Origin: Nitrospirota bacterium
GTDB taxonomy: Bacteria; Nitrospirota; UBA9217
Assembly (NCBI GenBank): GCA_963751455.1
Contig: CAVVUN010000015.1
Location: forward strand, 640,001 to 704,000
Direction of reading: 5' to 3'
Length of the DNA stretch: 64,000 nt
Made by a program: the position numbers and the translations under genes. The notes below the pieces were generated by a model. That model made no database searches. It was not told where the DNA came from and saw only the letters and a program-made list of their open reading frames with translations. Within the stretch, counting starts at the first letter, position 1. Each line of letters begins with the position of its first letter. This document shows positions 19,870-30,796 of this stretch, one piece after another.

Positions 19870-21098
19870 GATCCACGGTAATTAGAGTAAGCAATCTCAG
19901 TAAAAAATATATTCTTCGTCATCAGCAAAAGGAGCGTTATACCGCATTGCGCGATGTAATTACGAATAAGTTCAAACGCATCGGAAAGAGTCTTATTCAT
20001 TCAACTGGAATGATACCATCAAATTCAGAAGAAGATTTTTTTGCTCTTAGAGATGTTTCTTTTGAGGTCAAGCGTGGCGATCGGATCGGAATCATAGGCA
20101 GAAACGGCGCGGGAAAATCTACTCTTTTGAAGATCCTGAGCAGAATCACAGAACCAACTACGGGAAGGATCGAAATAATCGGCCGAGTAGCTAGTTTGCT
20201 TGAAGTAGGTACAGGATTTCATCCTGAATTGACAGGTAGAGAAAATATTTTTCTTAATGGCGCTATTCTTGGAATGAAAAGAGCCGAAATAAGAAGAAAG
20301 TTTGATGAGATCGTAGCTTTCGCCGAAATTGAAAAGTTTTTAGACACGCCCGTGAAGAGATATTCATCCGGCATGTATGTTCGGCTTGCTTTTGCTGTGG
20401 CGGCGCATCTCGAGCCGGAAATATTGATTGTCGATGAAGTCCTCGCTGTTGGTGATGCTCAGTTTCAGAGGAAGTGTTTGGGAAAGATGGAAGACGTTGC
20501 TAGAGAAGGGCGGACGGTGATTTTTGTAAGTCACAATACAGGAGCAATCCAGCGGTTGACAAATTTGGCAATTCTGTTGGAAAAGGGGAAAATAGTCCGT
20601 TACGGTTCGACAAGTGATGTTGTTGCTTCGTACTTCGAGCTCAATGTCGCTTCAAGCGTACACTCATCGTATAAAACCGAAATGGAAGATTTTAGCGTCA
20701 AGTCCGTTTGCTTTAATTATGATTTCCTCAAACCTGGTTTTAATAAACCATTGTGTTTTGATTTTACAATCTCGACCGACAGCAACAAAAATTCAGTCGC
20801 GATAGGATTTTCGATCGTGAACTCAATAGGATCCAAATTGCTGACTTCCATATCTAGAATCCCCGAGCTGTCTGCGGGAGAACATTATATTTCTCTCATT
20901 TTGAAAGACCATCGATTACCTCCAGGCATTTACTCACTGAATGTTGGGATAGATATCCACGGAAAAGGTATATTTTATGAGGAAAATATTCTCAGGTTTG
21001 AATTATCTGACAAGGATGTCGATGATGAATTCCTGACTCAAAGAAGAGATAGGATGGGCGCTTTCGTCATTAGTGAAATGCGGTTACGGCAATCATGA
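19866..21098 (+). CDS. wzt: ABC polysaccharide transporter ATPase with Wzt C-terminal domain
   Basis: GRNGAGKST, YSSGM and LIVDEVLAVGD, plus a C-terminal Ig-like extension. Confidence 0.95.
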   Translation: MRSTVIRVSNLSKKYILRHQQKERYTALRDVITNKFKRIGKSLIHSTGMIPSNSEEDFFALRDVSFEVKRGDRIGIIGRNGAGKSTLLKILSRITEPTTGRIEIIGRVASLLEVGTGFHPELTGRENIFLNGAILGMKRAEIRRKFDEIVAFAEIEKFLDTPVKRYSSGMYVRLAFAVAAHLEPEILIVDEVLAVGDAQFQRKCLGKMEDVAREGRTVIFVSHNTGAIQRLTNLAILLEKGKIVRYGSTSDVVASYFELNVASSVHSSYKTEMEDFSVKSVCFNYDFLKPGFNKPLCFDFTISTDSNKNSVAIGFSIVNSIGSKLLTSISRIPELSAGEHYISLILKDHRLPPGIYSLNVGIDIHGKGIFYEENILRFELSDKDVDDEFLTQRRDRMGAFVISEMRLRQS

Positions 21099-22072
21099 AT
21101 AGATATATTGTAATTACCACTATTAACGAGAAGTCGTATGGAATCGAGCAGTTTGAGCAGATGGATGGCTGGAACATCGTAATAATAGGTGATAAGAATA
21201 GCCGGAAAATCCACTCCTCAGGGAATCTTATATTTTTATCAATCGAAGATCAAGAAAAACTCGGCTATGAATTCGTTAAAGTATGTCCGTATAATCACTA
21301 TACAAGAAAAAACATAGGGTACTTATTTGCCTTACGCAACAACGCAGATATTATCTACGATACCGACGATGACAACATACCTCATGCCAGATGGAACCTC
21401 CATGATTTTATTTGCGAGAAAAAAATCAGTTCAGACAATAAATTTATAAACATTTATAAATATTTTTATAATGGGTCAATATGGCCCAGAGGATTTCCTC
21501 TTGATGAAGTTGCCCAGGACGGGAAGAATATCGTCACGGACGTTAAACCCGTAAGAATTGGAGCTTGGCAGGGGCTGGCAGATTCCGATCCTGATGTAGA
21601 CGCGGTATACAGGTTGTTTTTTAATAAAACAATAACATTTGAAAATCGACCGGCGATAGCATTAGAAAAAAATAATTATTGCCCGATTAACTCACAAAAC
21701 ACATTTTGGAATAAAAAATTCTTCGAATGCCTCTACCTGCCATCGACTGTCAGCTTTAGATTTACAGATATTTTACGCGGATATGTAGCACAGCGCCTTT
21801 TCTGGAGTTCCGATCATCATGTTGGCTTTACGGACGCAACAGTATATCAGCAAAGAAACGCACACGATTTAATGAAGGACTTCAAAGATGAAGTAGAATG
21901 CTACTTAAATACGAAGCCGATAGTAGCTTTGCTTGACTCACTTGAACTTGGCTCCGATGTTTTGAAAAATTTAGAACTCGTTTATTCTAAACTATTAGAA
22001 AAAGGATATGTAGAGAACCAAGAATTAAATCTCCTGAAGGCATGGATGTCAGATTTCACGCGCAATAAATGA
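21095..22072 (+). CDS. STELLO/DUF288-like glycosyltransferase-family protein
   Basis: IVITTIN, IGDK, RKNIGYLFA, DTDDDN, WPRGFPL, PDVDAVYRL, NSQNT and FRFTDILRG. Confidence 0.85.
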   Translation: MNRYIVITTINEKSYGIEQFEQMDGWNIVIIGDKNSRKIHSSGNLIFLSIEDQEKLGYEFVKVCPYNHYTRKNIGYLFALRNNADIIYDTDDDNIPHARWNLHDFICEKKISSDNKFINIYKYFYNGSIWPRGFPLDEVAQDGKNIVTDVKPVRIGAWQGLADSDPDVDAVYRLFFNKTITFENRPAIALEKNNYCPINSQNTFWNKKFFECLYLPSTVSFRFTDILRGYVAQRLFWSSDHHVGFTDATVYQQRNAHDLMKDFKDEVECYLNTKPIVALLDSLELGSDVLKNLELVYSKLLEKGYVENQELNLLKAWMSDFTRNK

Positions 22073-22224
22073 CACCTCATTTTTCTACAGTTAATAGTAT
22101 ATAGCACTCGTTTATGCTAATTATTGAAATACTAAAAGCTCGAATTATAGATTGCTCATTGGACGTTCTAAGCGCAATTTAATAAAATGCGGTTGGGAGT
22201 GAGAAAAGGTAGTTTGGAGAAACA

Positions 22225-23343
22225 ATGCTTCGAAAAATAATTAGGTATGTAAAGCAACGGACTCTTGGTACTGCGCTAAAAACTCTAATAGCACGTAATC
22301 TCAGGACTGGTTATTTGACTAGATTTAGTGTAAATAACGATAGGGAAGCCGTCTTATTACTCATTAATCAAGCAGAGAGATGGCTAAGTATCAGCCCTGG
22401 AAGTAATAATGTTTTGTTAATCACAGATAACAGCAGCCTGTCATATACGATAGAATCTCGTTTGTCTAAAAGAAGTATCGATTTTCAAAAATCTACACTT
22501 GATATGATAGAGCAAGTTACCAGAAATCATGTTAAACATACAGCTTGTATAATAGCAGGTTTTGTTGACCCAAAGCTATTGACCAAACTCGGAAGTCAAC
22601 TTTCCAAACATCCATTCCTGTCGGAAATACCATTCGAATTCGCTGTCATTCCGGCAAATTCTTATTCTACGTTACTAAATCATGATTGGCAAAAAAACGA
22701 GTCATTTGTTTCTCCACTGCTTATTTCCGATATAAATTATTTTGATATTTATGAATCGTCACTCTCGCTATTTGAAAGAAAGTGCCAAATTCGAGACTAT
22801 ATGGATTTATGCCAATTATTACAAACAACATTCGAAAGACAGGTAGATGGTGATGTTGCAGAGTTTGGTTCGTTTAAAGGGCATAGTGGTTATTTGATGG
22901 CTAATTTATTACGCAAAGCTAATGTTAATAAGAAATTATTTATGTTTGATATGTTCGATGAATTTCCAGAAGAAAAAATTGGTCTAGATGCTTTTTGGAA
23001 CAAGACACATCAAGTTGACTTTCAAGAAGTTAAGGAAAAGTTTAGATCTTTTGAAAATGTCGTAATTGTTAAGGGAGACTTCACGGAGACCTTTCGCAAC
23101 ACTGACATCCATAAGCTATGTTTTGTATACATAGACTGCGATTCATACAGAGGAACTAAATTCCTTCTGAATGCAATATTTGATCAGTATCTCAGCAAAA
23201 ATGGAATTATTGTCCTAGAAGATTATGGACATGGCCCACTTTTAGGTAATAGAATAGCATTTCATGAGTTTTTTGATAACAGGGAAGACTGTTTCAAGTT
23301 CTTCTCGCAATTTAGCGGTTTCCAAATAGTAGTAAAAGGGTGA
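22225..23343 (+). CDS. TylF/MycF-family O-methyltransferase with N-terminal extension
   Basis: GDVAEFGSFKG, FDMFDEFP, KGDFTET, YIDCDSY and LEDY. Confidence 0.85.
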   Translation: MLRKIIRYVKQRTLGTALKTLIARNLRTGYLTRFSVNNDREAVLLLINQAERWLSISPGSNNVLLITDNSSLSYTIESRLSKRSIDFQKSTLDMIEQVTRNHVKHTACIIAGFVDPKLLTKLGSQLSKHPFLSEIPFEFAVIPANSYSTLLNHDWQKNESFVSPLLISDINYFDIYESSLSLFERKCQIRDYMDLCQLLQTTFERQVDGDVAEFGSFKGHSGYLMANLLRKANVNKKLFMFDMFDEFPEEKIGLDAFWNKTHQVDFQEVKEKFRSFENVVIVKGDFTETFRNTDIHKLCFVYIDCDSYRGTKFLLNAIFDQYLSKNGIIVLEDYGHGPLLGNRIAFHEFFDNREDCFKFFSQFSGFQIVVKG

Positions 23344-23427
23344 TCAGTTAGCTTTAGAGAAAATGCCAAATCTGTTCTACTCTTGTTTTTCGAATATAGT
23401 AAAGTCATCTAATTTATTTAACAAAGA

Positions 23428-24339
23428 ATGGTATCTTGTATGACACATCTAAAAATATCAGTAGTAACGTGGGATGCGGGATTTCGAGAGCATTTTCATA
23501 CAGTTGATGCGTTCGCCAATCAAACGATTCCGAAGGACGATTATGAATTCATCTGGGTTGATTATTACAATGATATTACGCCGGAATTGCAGACAAAACT
23601 TGGCCGCATTTCGAACGCGAAAGCTCTGCTTGTCAATGGAAATGGGCAATGGCGTTTAGCGACTTGTCTAAATTATGGAACAAGAAACTGTTCAGGGGAA
23701 TTACTGGTAATTCCGGACGGGGACATCGTTGTAACTCCGGACTTTTTATCTAAGATTCTTGAAGCCCACTCCCGGATAGATAATCTGGTCTTATATATCA
23801 GAAGATGGGATGAGCCGCAACAGGCTCATAACCCTGCAATATCTGTCGAACATTTGGACAAAGTATGTGAAGTGAAAAATGCTACTAACTACGGTGGTTG
23901 CATTACTCTGAGGAAACATGTTTTGGAGTATGTGAATGGCTATGAAGAACATCATCTATTTGCTGGTGCTAGTGCAACTAGCATGGAATTGTATATCAGG
24001 CTTAAGAACGCGGGTTTCCCAATAATGTGGCATCCAACAGTGAAAATTTATCATCCCTGGCATGCCAATACCGGAACGCCAGCTCAGAAGATAGAGCAGG
24101 AAATGTGGCTAATGAGTCGAAGGAATTTAGCAATAAATTTTAAGGCGTCATCAGACCAAGTGGATACGTACTTGAAAGAGTATGATAAGCTACTGGCGAG
24201 AAATGGAATAATGGAAAGGTTAGGATTAATCAATTTAATAGCAAGCATATTAGACACAGTAGGACTTAGACCGCCCATAAGTAAGCTATTGCGTTATTTT
24301 AAAAAATTACGAAACCATATACGGAAAAGTCTAAGCTAG
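23428..24339 (+). CDS. Glycosyltransferase family 2/7-like
   Basis: FIWVD, PDGD (DxD), VNGYEE and YHPWH. Confidence 0.75.
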   Translation: MVSCMTHLKISVVTWDAGFREHFHTVDAFANQTIPKDDYEFIWVDYYNDITPELQTKLGRISNAKALLVNGNGQWRLATCLNYGTRNCSGELLVIPDGDIVVTPDFLSKILEAHSRIDNLVLYIRRWDEPQQAHNPAISVEHLDKVCEVKNATNYGGCITLRKHVLEYVNGYEEHHLFAGASATSMELYIRLKNAGFPIMWHPTVKIYHPWHANTGTPAQKIEQEMWLMSRRNLAINFKASSDQVDTYLKEYDKLLARNGIMERLGLINLIASILDTVGLRPPISKLLRYFKKLRNHIRKSLS

Positions 24340-24343
24340 AATA

Positions 24344-25270
24344 ATGGAGTCAAGTTCTATGAATAATGCAATTACCGCGAATAAATCGCCGAATTTCTTT
24401 ATTGTCGGCGCTGCTAAATCGGGAACCTCTTCTTTGTGGAAATATCTGAAGGAAAATCAAGAAGTATTTATGCCGGATGATGAACTTTATAAAGAACCTT
24501 CTTATTTTTCGATTTCATTCGAACTGGGTATCGATTGGTATCTGGACTTTTTTAAGAAAGCAAATCCGCAAATTCATAAGGTGATAGGAGAGGCATCTAC
24601 ATCATATTTAACGCATCCCGAGGCAGCGCAGAGAATATACGAATTTAACCGTCAGTCAAAAATTATTATAATTTTGCGAAATCCAGCCGAAAGAGCATAT
24701 TCTCTCTACCGTTGGATGGTTCAAGACGGTTATGAATATGCCGGAACATTTGAAAGAGCCTTAATCCTAGAAAATAAAAGAATAAACAAGAAAATTCCTA
24801 ATTATTATGAACCGGAATATTATTATAATTATTTATATTTCAATTCCGGATTGTATTATGAACAGGTAAAGAGGTATCTTGACCTTTTCGGCAACTCAGT
24901 TTTAATTGTCAAATTCGATGACTTTAAAAATGACCTGAAAACACAATATAAGCGGGTCTGCCATTTTTTAGGCGTACAAGAGAATGTATTTACTCCGGAA
25001 ATACATAATATTTCGAAAAGTGTTTACTCGGCAAAATTACAGTTCGTGCTGAGGAAGATAAACGACCGCCTTATTCGACAAAAAGCATTCAAGACAAAAA
25101 AAGAAAGAGACGCTTTATTGGAATGGGGAACTCGGAGCCGCAACCCGACAAGGATGAATGACGAAACAAAAAAGATGCAGTTGAAAAGTTACGAAAAAGA
25201 CATACGGCGTTTGTCCAAACTAACCGATATGAATTTCGACGATTGGATGCTGCCGAGAGCGGATGGATAG
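24344..25270 (+). CDS. PAPS-dependent sulfotransferase
   Basis: PNFFIVGAAKSGTSSL (5'-PSB) and ILRNPAERAYS (3'-PB). Confidence 0.92.
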   Translation: MESSSMNNAITANKSPNFFIVGAAKSGTSSLWKYLKENQEVFMPDDELYKEPSYFSISFELGIDWYLDFFKKANPQIHKVIGEASTSYLTHPEAAQRIYEFNRQSKIIIILRNPAERAYSLYRWMVQDGYEYAGTFERALILENKRINKKIPNYYEPEYYYNYLYFNSGLYYEQVKRYLDLFGNSVLIVKFDDFKNDLKTQYKRVCHFLGVQENVFTPEIHNISKSVYSAKLQFVLRKINDRLIRQKAFKTKKERDALLEWGTRSRNPTRMNDETKKMQLKSYEKDIRRLSKLTDMNFDDWMLPRADG

Positions 25271-25551
25271 TCGAAACTTGATTTTGAATCTCAAAGGAAA
25301 TATTGTGAACAGCAAACATGCCGAGTCCATCAGCGAGAGAGCAATTCTTGTACAAAATTATTTGGTGTGCATCTGCAAAGTATTACGAATGCGGAAACCG
25401 CTTCGACCCCGCGTGCACTAACATTGACTTTTTATCCAGCAGCATGAGCGTAGTTGCTCATGAGCATAAAAATGGAATTCCCCTGTTCAGCGTTACGCCG
25501 TCAATAGTTATATCGAAAGCTAGTCTAGTTTTTACTTAGACACAGGGCAGG

Positions 25552-26841
25552 ATGGAACTCGCATTACATGGAGGCGAAAACAGCTTGAACGTGCTGCTAA
25601 TCAACCAGTCGGATATCGTCGGAGGCGCTGCAATTGCAGGACATCGCTTATATAGCGCACTGCGTAAACGAGGGGTCGACGTAAAAATGCTTGTCGACAT
25701 AAAGAATACGATTGACAACGATATCGCTACCTGTAAGCCAAGAGGCAGAATAGAATCGAGATTGATTCGTCTTGCCGGCATGGGCGGACTCAGCTATGTA
25801 GCTGTCAATAGCTTCGGCTTGACTCACCATGAATTCTATCAGCAGGCTGATATTCTGAACTTGCATAATTTGCACGGAGGTTATTTTAATTACCTTTTAA
25901 TTCCCAGATTGACGAAAATGAAACCAGCAGTTTTTACCCTTCACGATATGTGGAGCTTTACAGGCCACTGCAGTCATAGCCACGAGTGCGAACGCTGGAT
26001 AAGTGGTTGCGGGAGATGCCCTCACCCTGAAATATATCCTCCGATACATAGAGACAATACTTGGTTGGAGTTGAAGCTGAAAAAATGGAGCTATAGCCGC
26101 TCTCGTTTAGCGATTGTGTGTCCGAGTAAATGGCTCACCAATCAGGCTAAAAGGAGCATACTCAAGGACATTCCGATTTATTACATTGCGAACGGAATTG
26201 ATACTGAGGTATATCGACCGCGTGACAAGGAGCAATGTAGGTCAGTTCTTGGCATCCCTAAAGGGAAACGGGTTATTATGACCGGTGCTCAAAGTTTGCA
26301 TAAAGTGTTTGACCTGCTTTCGGGTTCGTTGCAAAGACTACCTGCATCCATAAAGAATGACACCGTGTTGCTCACGATAGGCCACGGTGGAGAAAATTTA
26401 TTTTCTAATATCGGCATTGAAACAATTAATCTCGGATACGTGGGTAGTGATCTTTTAAAATCAGTATGCTACTCTGCCGCTGATCTATTTATTTTTTCGA
26501 CTCGCGCCGATAATGTGCCGCTCGTGCTTCAGGAAAGCATGGCGTGCGGTACCGCTATGGTCTCTTTTAACGTCGGAGGCGTTCTCGAACTAGTACGTTC
26601 GGGAGAGACTGGATATCTGGCTGAAGCAGAAAATTGTTCGGACTTTAGCAAGGGTATTGAGGTTGTTTTGCAGGATCAGAAACTACGCGATCGAATGGGA
26701 CAAAATTGTCGAAATCTGGCAATAAAAGAGTACAGCCTGGAATTGCAGGCAAAAAAATATATAGAATTGCTCCATGCCGTTTTAAACGGAACAGCGGGTC
26801 TGAAAGGAATAGAAAACCATTGTGCAGTGCCCCACTGTTAA
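25552..26841 (+). CDS. Glycosyltransferase family 4 (WcaC-like)
   Basis: GGAAIA, TLHDMWSFTGHC and DNVPLVLQESMACG. Confidence 0.9.
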   Translation: MELALHGGENSLNVLLINQSDIVGGAAIAGHRLYSALRKRGVDVKMLVDIKNTIDNDIATCKPRGRIESRLIRLAGMGGLSYVAVNSFGLTHHEFYQQADILNLHNLHGGYFNYLLIPRLTKMKPAVFTLHDMWSFTGHCSHSHECERWISGCGRCPHPEIYPPIHRDNTWLELKLKKWSYSRSRLAIVCPSKWLTNQAKRSILKDIPIYYIANGIDTEVYRPRDKEQCRSVLGIPKGKRVIMTGAQSLHKVFDLLSGSLQRLPASIKNDTVLLTIGHGGENLFSNIGIETINLGYVGSDLLKSVCYSAADLFIFSTRADNVPLVLQESMACGTAMVSFNVGGVLELVRSGETGYLAEAENCSDFSKGIEVVLQDQKLRDRMGQNCRNLAIKEYSLELQAKKYIELLHAVLNGTAGLKGIENHCAVPHC

Positions 26842-27772
26842 AGATCTCCCAAGGCCGCTTTCAAACAAAACAGGTTGGCCATGGACAAAAGAGTCAACAG
26901 CGGTGTCGTCATCAAGCCGCAACGGACAGCCATGGCCTAAAATCAGCATCGTAACACCCTCGTATAACCAAGGTCAATTTATCGAAGAGACAATAAGATC
27001 AGTGCTGCTCCAGAACTATCTCAATATGGAGTACATTATTATGGATGGAGGGAGCACCGATAATACCGTTGAGATCATAAAGAAATATGAGCCATGGTTG
27101 ACCTACTGGGTGAGCGAGAAGGATAAAGGCCAAGCAGACGCAATCGCGAAGGGATTTTCCATTGCCTCAGGCAGTATAATCGCCTGGCTCAATTCAGACG
27201 ATTATTATCTACCAAATTGTTTTCAGCATGTTGCAGGATTGTTTGCTTCGGGCAATGAAATTGAGATCATTATGGGTGGCTGCAAATACATAACTGCGTC
27301 AGGGCGTCTTATCGACAAGAACTATGGATTTCTACAAGATTATGACAATCTTAGAATCGTAGGAATGTTTTCGCCGCAACCATCAATGTTTTGGACGAAA
27401 CGTTCATATTTAAATGCCGGTGGTCTCGAAACAACTCTAAATTTTTGCATGGATTATGATTTAATAATCCGGCTTATTAAAGACAATAAAGCGCATCATA
27501 CCACGCGAATGATTTCAGCAAGTCGTCTCCATGACGACGCAAAAAGCTGCACCATGCAGGAAACTTTGCGGCAGGAAGATATTCTCATTGGTCACCGATA
27601 TGGACGTTTTGAATTGCCAAGCCATGTGATAGATTCCATAAAATCACAATCATGGAGAAAATACAGGAATTTTCAACGTTACCATTTTATGCTTGATGCG
27701 TACTGTGACCCTCAGTTTTTTATAAAGCATGGCATAGTTCTATTAATGCAAAAATTAAAGATAAGGCGTTAA
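26822..27772 (+). CDS. Glycosyltransferase family 2
   Basis: ISIVTPSYNQG, DGGSTD and WLNSDD. Confidence 0.93.
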   Translation: MQCPTVKDLPRPLSNKTGWPWTKESTAVSSSSRNGQPWPKISIVTPSYNQGQFIEETIRSVLLQNYLNMEYIIMDGGSTDNTVEIIKKYEPWLTYWVSEKDKGQADAIAKGFSIASGSIIAWLNSDDYYLPNCFQHVAGLFASGNEIEIIMGGCKYITASGRLIDKNYGFLQDYDNLRIVGMFSPQPSMFWTKRSYLNAGGLETTLNFCMDYDLIIRLIKDNKAHHTTRMISASRLHDDAKSCTMQETLRQEDILIGHRYGRFELPSHVIDSIKSQSWRKYRNFQRYHFMLDAYCDPQFFIKHGIVLLMQKLKIRR

Positions 27773-27773
27773 C

Positions 27774-28427
27774 ATGTTTTCTTTTTTAAAAAGACTTATT
27801 CGTAAGCAAAGGCCTTTATGGCGAAAACTAGCAGGCGACAACGCCATTAGCCTTGATGAGTATCCAGACGCACCAGCGCTCTTCAGGATGTATCGGAACT
27901 TGATCGCAACCGGCCATAGAAGAGTACCGGGTGGATGGATTTATGAAGGCGAGTTTTATCCGGATTACCTTACAGTTGGAGGAAACACATTCGCTATACG
28001 AAGAACAGCATTGAAATATTGTAAGGGTACAGGACTTGATATTGGTGCGTCATATTGGCCGCTTCCTGGGAGTACGCCAATTGATACTGAATTGGGACCG
28101 GGTACGCAAAATGCGATCCACGATATACAGGAAAATTCTCAGGATTATGTTTTCAGTTCTCATTGCTTGGAGCATATTGAAAACTGGCAAGAAACTCTCG
28201 ATATTTGGATTGGCAAACTGAAGCCTGAAGGTATTTTATTTCTATATCTTCCGCATCCGTCCTGTAAATTGTGGAGCATGACAAACCCGCAAATGAATGA
28301 TATTCATAAGTGGGTCCCTAATCCGGATATTTTAAAAAAAACATTGCAATCAAAAAATATGACTATAGTCGATTTTAACGAAGGGCCTGATCATTTTTAT
28401 AGTTTTTATTTAGTCGCCCGAAAATAG
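27774..28427 (+). CDS. Class I SAM-dependent methyltransferase
   Basis: GLDIGA, FSSHCLEH and LKPEG. Confidence 0.85.
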   Translation: MFSFLKRLIRKQRPLWRKLAGDNAISLDEYPDAPALFRMYRNLIATGHRRVPGGWIYEGEFYPDYLTVGGNTFAIRRTALKYCKGTGLDIGASYWPLPGSTPIDTELGPGTQNAIHDIQENSQDYVFSSHCLEHIENWQETLDIWIGKLKPEGILFLYLPHPSCKLWSMTNPQMNDIHKWVPNPDILKKTLQSKNMTIVDFNEGPDHFYSFYLVARK

Positions 28428-28437
28428 ATATTGATAA

Positions 28438-29424
28438 ATGTTAACGAAACCATGGCTGATACCCAGCAAGATTGTCCATGCTGGCGGCATTGAACTGCGC
28501 GCAGCTTTTGACGTGGCCCGTTACGGCCTGCCTGATGTAATGCTTCAGTTTGGCGGGGGTATTGGTGATGAATTACTGCTTACAGCTGTTGCGAGAGAGT
28601 TGAAGAAGCGCGAAGCTGGCATGAAGATTTGGCAGGTTTCTCATTCAGTCGATCTTCTAAAGTATAATCCTGACTATACAAAGATATTTTCTATGGATCA
28701 TTGGCCCTTACGTTATGCTCGTTTTTTAGAAAGGCGCAGATGTCGTCTGGCGTATGCGATTGAAAAAAAAATCCGTTGCGAGGAAATACCGCCTGATATC
28801 CATATCATAGCTGCTCTCTGTAGGAACGCCGGCATAAAGGGCAAAGTCTCTGCCAGACCTTATTTATTTCTGACGGAAGATGAAAAAATAAGCGGAAGTC
28901 TTGCGGAAAGGCAAATTGCCGTGCAATGCATAGCAGATAATTCCTATGCTACCGTTATGAGAAATAAACTATGGGATTTCCGCAAATTTCAGGATGTAGT
29001 TGATCAGATTAAATTTATAACAGGTAGTGAAATGCAAATAGTACAGATCGGGTCCGCTCACGACTTTCATTTACGGGGCGTAATAGATCTTTGCGGCAAA
29101 ACGACACTTCGGCAAAGTGCTGCTATTCTCAGCCAGTCTGATATTTTTATCGGAACTGTCGGTTTTCTGATGCACCTTGCGAGAGCAGTTGAATGCAGAT
29201 CAGTAATCATTTACGGAGGACGAGAGCATTCGTCGCAGACCGGATATATCTGTAATGAAAATTTAAATACTTATTTAGATTGTTCGCCGTGCTGGTTGTG
29301 GCATGATTGCGAATATGACAGAAAATGCATGCAAATCATTCGTGTAGAGGATGTTCTAAATGCGTATGAAAGAATCAAGGGAAGGCTAGATCATCCTCTC
29401 GAAACTGAAGAGGTATGCTTGTAG
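28438..29424 (+). CDS. Glycosyltransferase family 9 (heptosyltransferase-like)
   Basis: GGIGDELL, DLCGKTTLRQ, MHLARA and CSPCW. Confidence 0.85.
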   Translation: MLTKPWLIPSKIVHAGGIELRAAFDVARYGLPDVMLQFGGGIGDELLLTAVARELKKREAGMKIWQVSHSVDLLKYNPDYTKIFSMDHWPLRYARFLERRRCRLAYAIEKKIRCEEIPPDIHIIAALCRNAGIKGKVSARPYLFLTEDEKISGSLAERQIAVQCIADNSYATVMRNKLWDFRKFQDVVDQIKFITGSEMQIVQIGSAHDFHLRGVIDLCGKTTLRQSAAILSQSDIFIGTVGFLMHLARAVECRSVIIYGGREHSSQTGYICNENLNTYLDCSPCWLWHDCEYDRKCMQIIRVEDVLNAYERIKGRLDHPLETEEVCL

Positions 29425-29549
29425 CCGGCAAAAAGAAAATGGCTTATTTATGCTGGACACTCTGACATGCTATTTGATCATCGTTGTTTAATGGCGGCAT
29501 AAGACGGAGCTGTTTACTTTTATTGAAATCGGTAGAGACGGGAAATAGA

Positions 29550-30740
29550 ATGGGTTCTCGGAAAATTCTCATCACGGCAGCCGCGATCGCAACTGGTGGT
29601 CTTGGTTCGTATCTTTTCACCGTGGCAAGAGGCTTAACGTTGCGGGGATGGGACGTTCATGTACTTATAACCGATGACTGCGGCGACCGTTATAACGACA
29701 TGGAGCAATACGCTGTTTGCCATAACATGGCAGGCTTGTCCCTGTCCTGGAAAAAAGTTTTTACAGCCGCTGAACTGATAAAGGGATTGGCGGCCGACGT
29801 CGTTCTTCTTAATCATACTCCTCTCGTTAATTATGCTTTGCCGCTTCTGGACAATAAAATCAAGCCTGTAGCGGTGTTGCATAGCGATGATACGAGATTC
29901 TACCGGAGTGCGACGCTGTTTCGAGACAGAATATTTCGCTGGATCGCACCTTCTATAAGCGTGGAGCAAGGTTGCCGAAACTATCTTGCGAATAAAGTTC
30001 AGGGCAGGTTTAAAACGATCTCTCACGGCGTAGACAGTGCCATTTTTTTCCCCGGCACAAATCGAGGCCGAGGGCGGCGCCGCAAAATTTCGTTTATCGG
30101 TTATATAGATAGGAATAAAGGAGCTGATTTATTACCATCCATTTTGTCGATGGTAGTTTCTAAATATCCCGAAGCTCAGCTTGAGATAATCGGCTACGGC
30201 CCTATGAGAGAACACCTTGAGAGAAAATTCGCAAAGTATGGATTGTCGGACGCTGTGGTCTTTACCGGCGTTCTTCGTCCGCAAGAGGTCGGAGATCGTC
30301 TGCGCGAAACAGACGTGCTTCTCCTGCCTACACGTATAGAGGGCTTCGGTTTGGTCATCGCAGAGGCTATGATGTGCGGAGCAGTCCCGGTCGTTTCGCT
30401 GCTGAAAGGAATCACGGATAACATTGTTGATGATGGAGTAAACGGTTTTGTTGTGCAACCCGAGAACGTTCATGCCTTTGCTGAAACTATCATTGCTCTC
30501 TTGGGGAGTCCTGAACGTATCGAATCGCTGTCTTTTGCGTCACAAACTGCGGCGCGAGAAAGGTTTTCTGAAAAAAGGATGCTTGACTCTTATGAGGCGT
30601 TGTTCGCAGAAGATGACGACAGAAGAAGCGTTCATCCACGTGGTAAAGTCGGCTGGATTAAAGAAACAGTCGATGAAATTATGCATCACGGAATTGATGC
30701 AAAGTGGCTGGTCAGGAGAGTTGCGGAAGTTTGGAAGTGA
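29550..30740 (+). CDS. Glycosyltransferase family 4
   Basis: NKGADLL and EGFGLVIAEAMMCG. Confidence 0.92.
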   Translation: MGSRKILITAAAIATGGLGSYLFTVARGLTLRGWDVHVLITDDCGDRYNDMEQYAVCHNMAGLSLSWKKVFTAAELIKGLAADVVLLNHTPLVNYALPLLDNKIKPVAVLHSDDTRFYRSATLFRDRIFRWIAPSISVEQGCRNYLANKVQGRFKTISHGVDSAIFFPGTNRGRGRRRKISFIGYIDRNKGADLLPSILSMVVSKYPEAQLEIIGYGPMREHLERKFAKYGLSDAVVFTGVLRPQEVGDRLRETDVLLLPTRIEGFGLVIAEAMMCGAVPVVSLLKGITDNIVDDGVNGFVVQPENVHAFAETIIALLGSPERIESLSFASQTAARERFSEKRMLDSYEALFAEDDDRRSVHPRGKVGWIKETVDEIMHHGIDAKWLVRRVAEVWK

Positions 30741-30796
30741 TGCATCTCGAGCGAGAGCCTCTAATCAATATAGAGAGTAGACTAGCATAATAGAGT

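Noticed and set aside
25271-25551. ORF 25318-25539 or a gene remnant in the intergenic gap
   Set aside because: No recognisable homology on either strand by eye.
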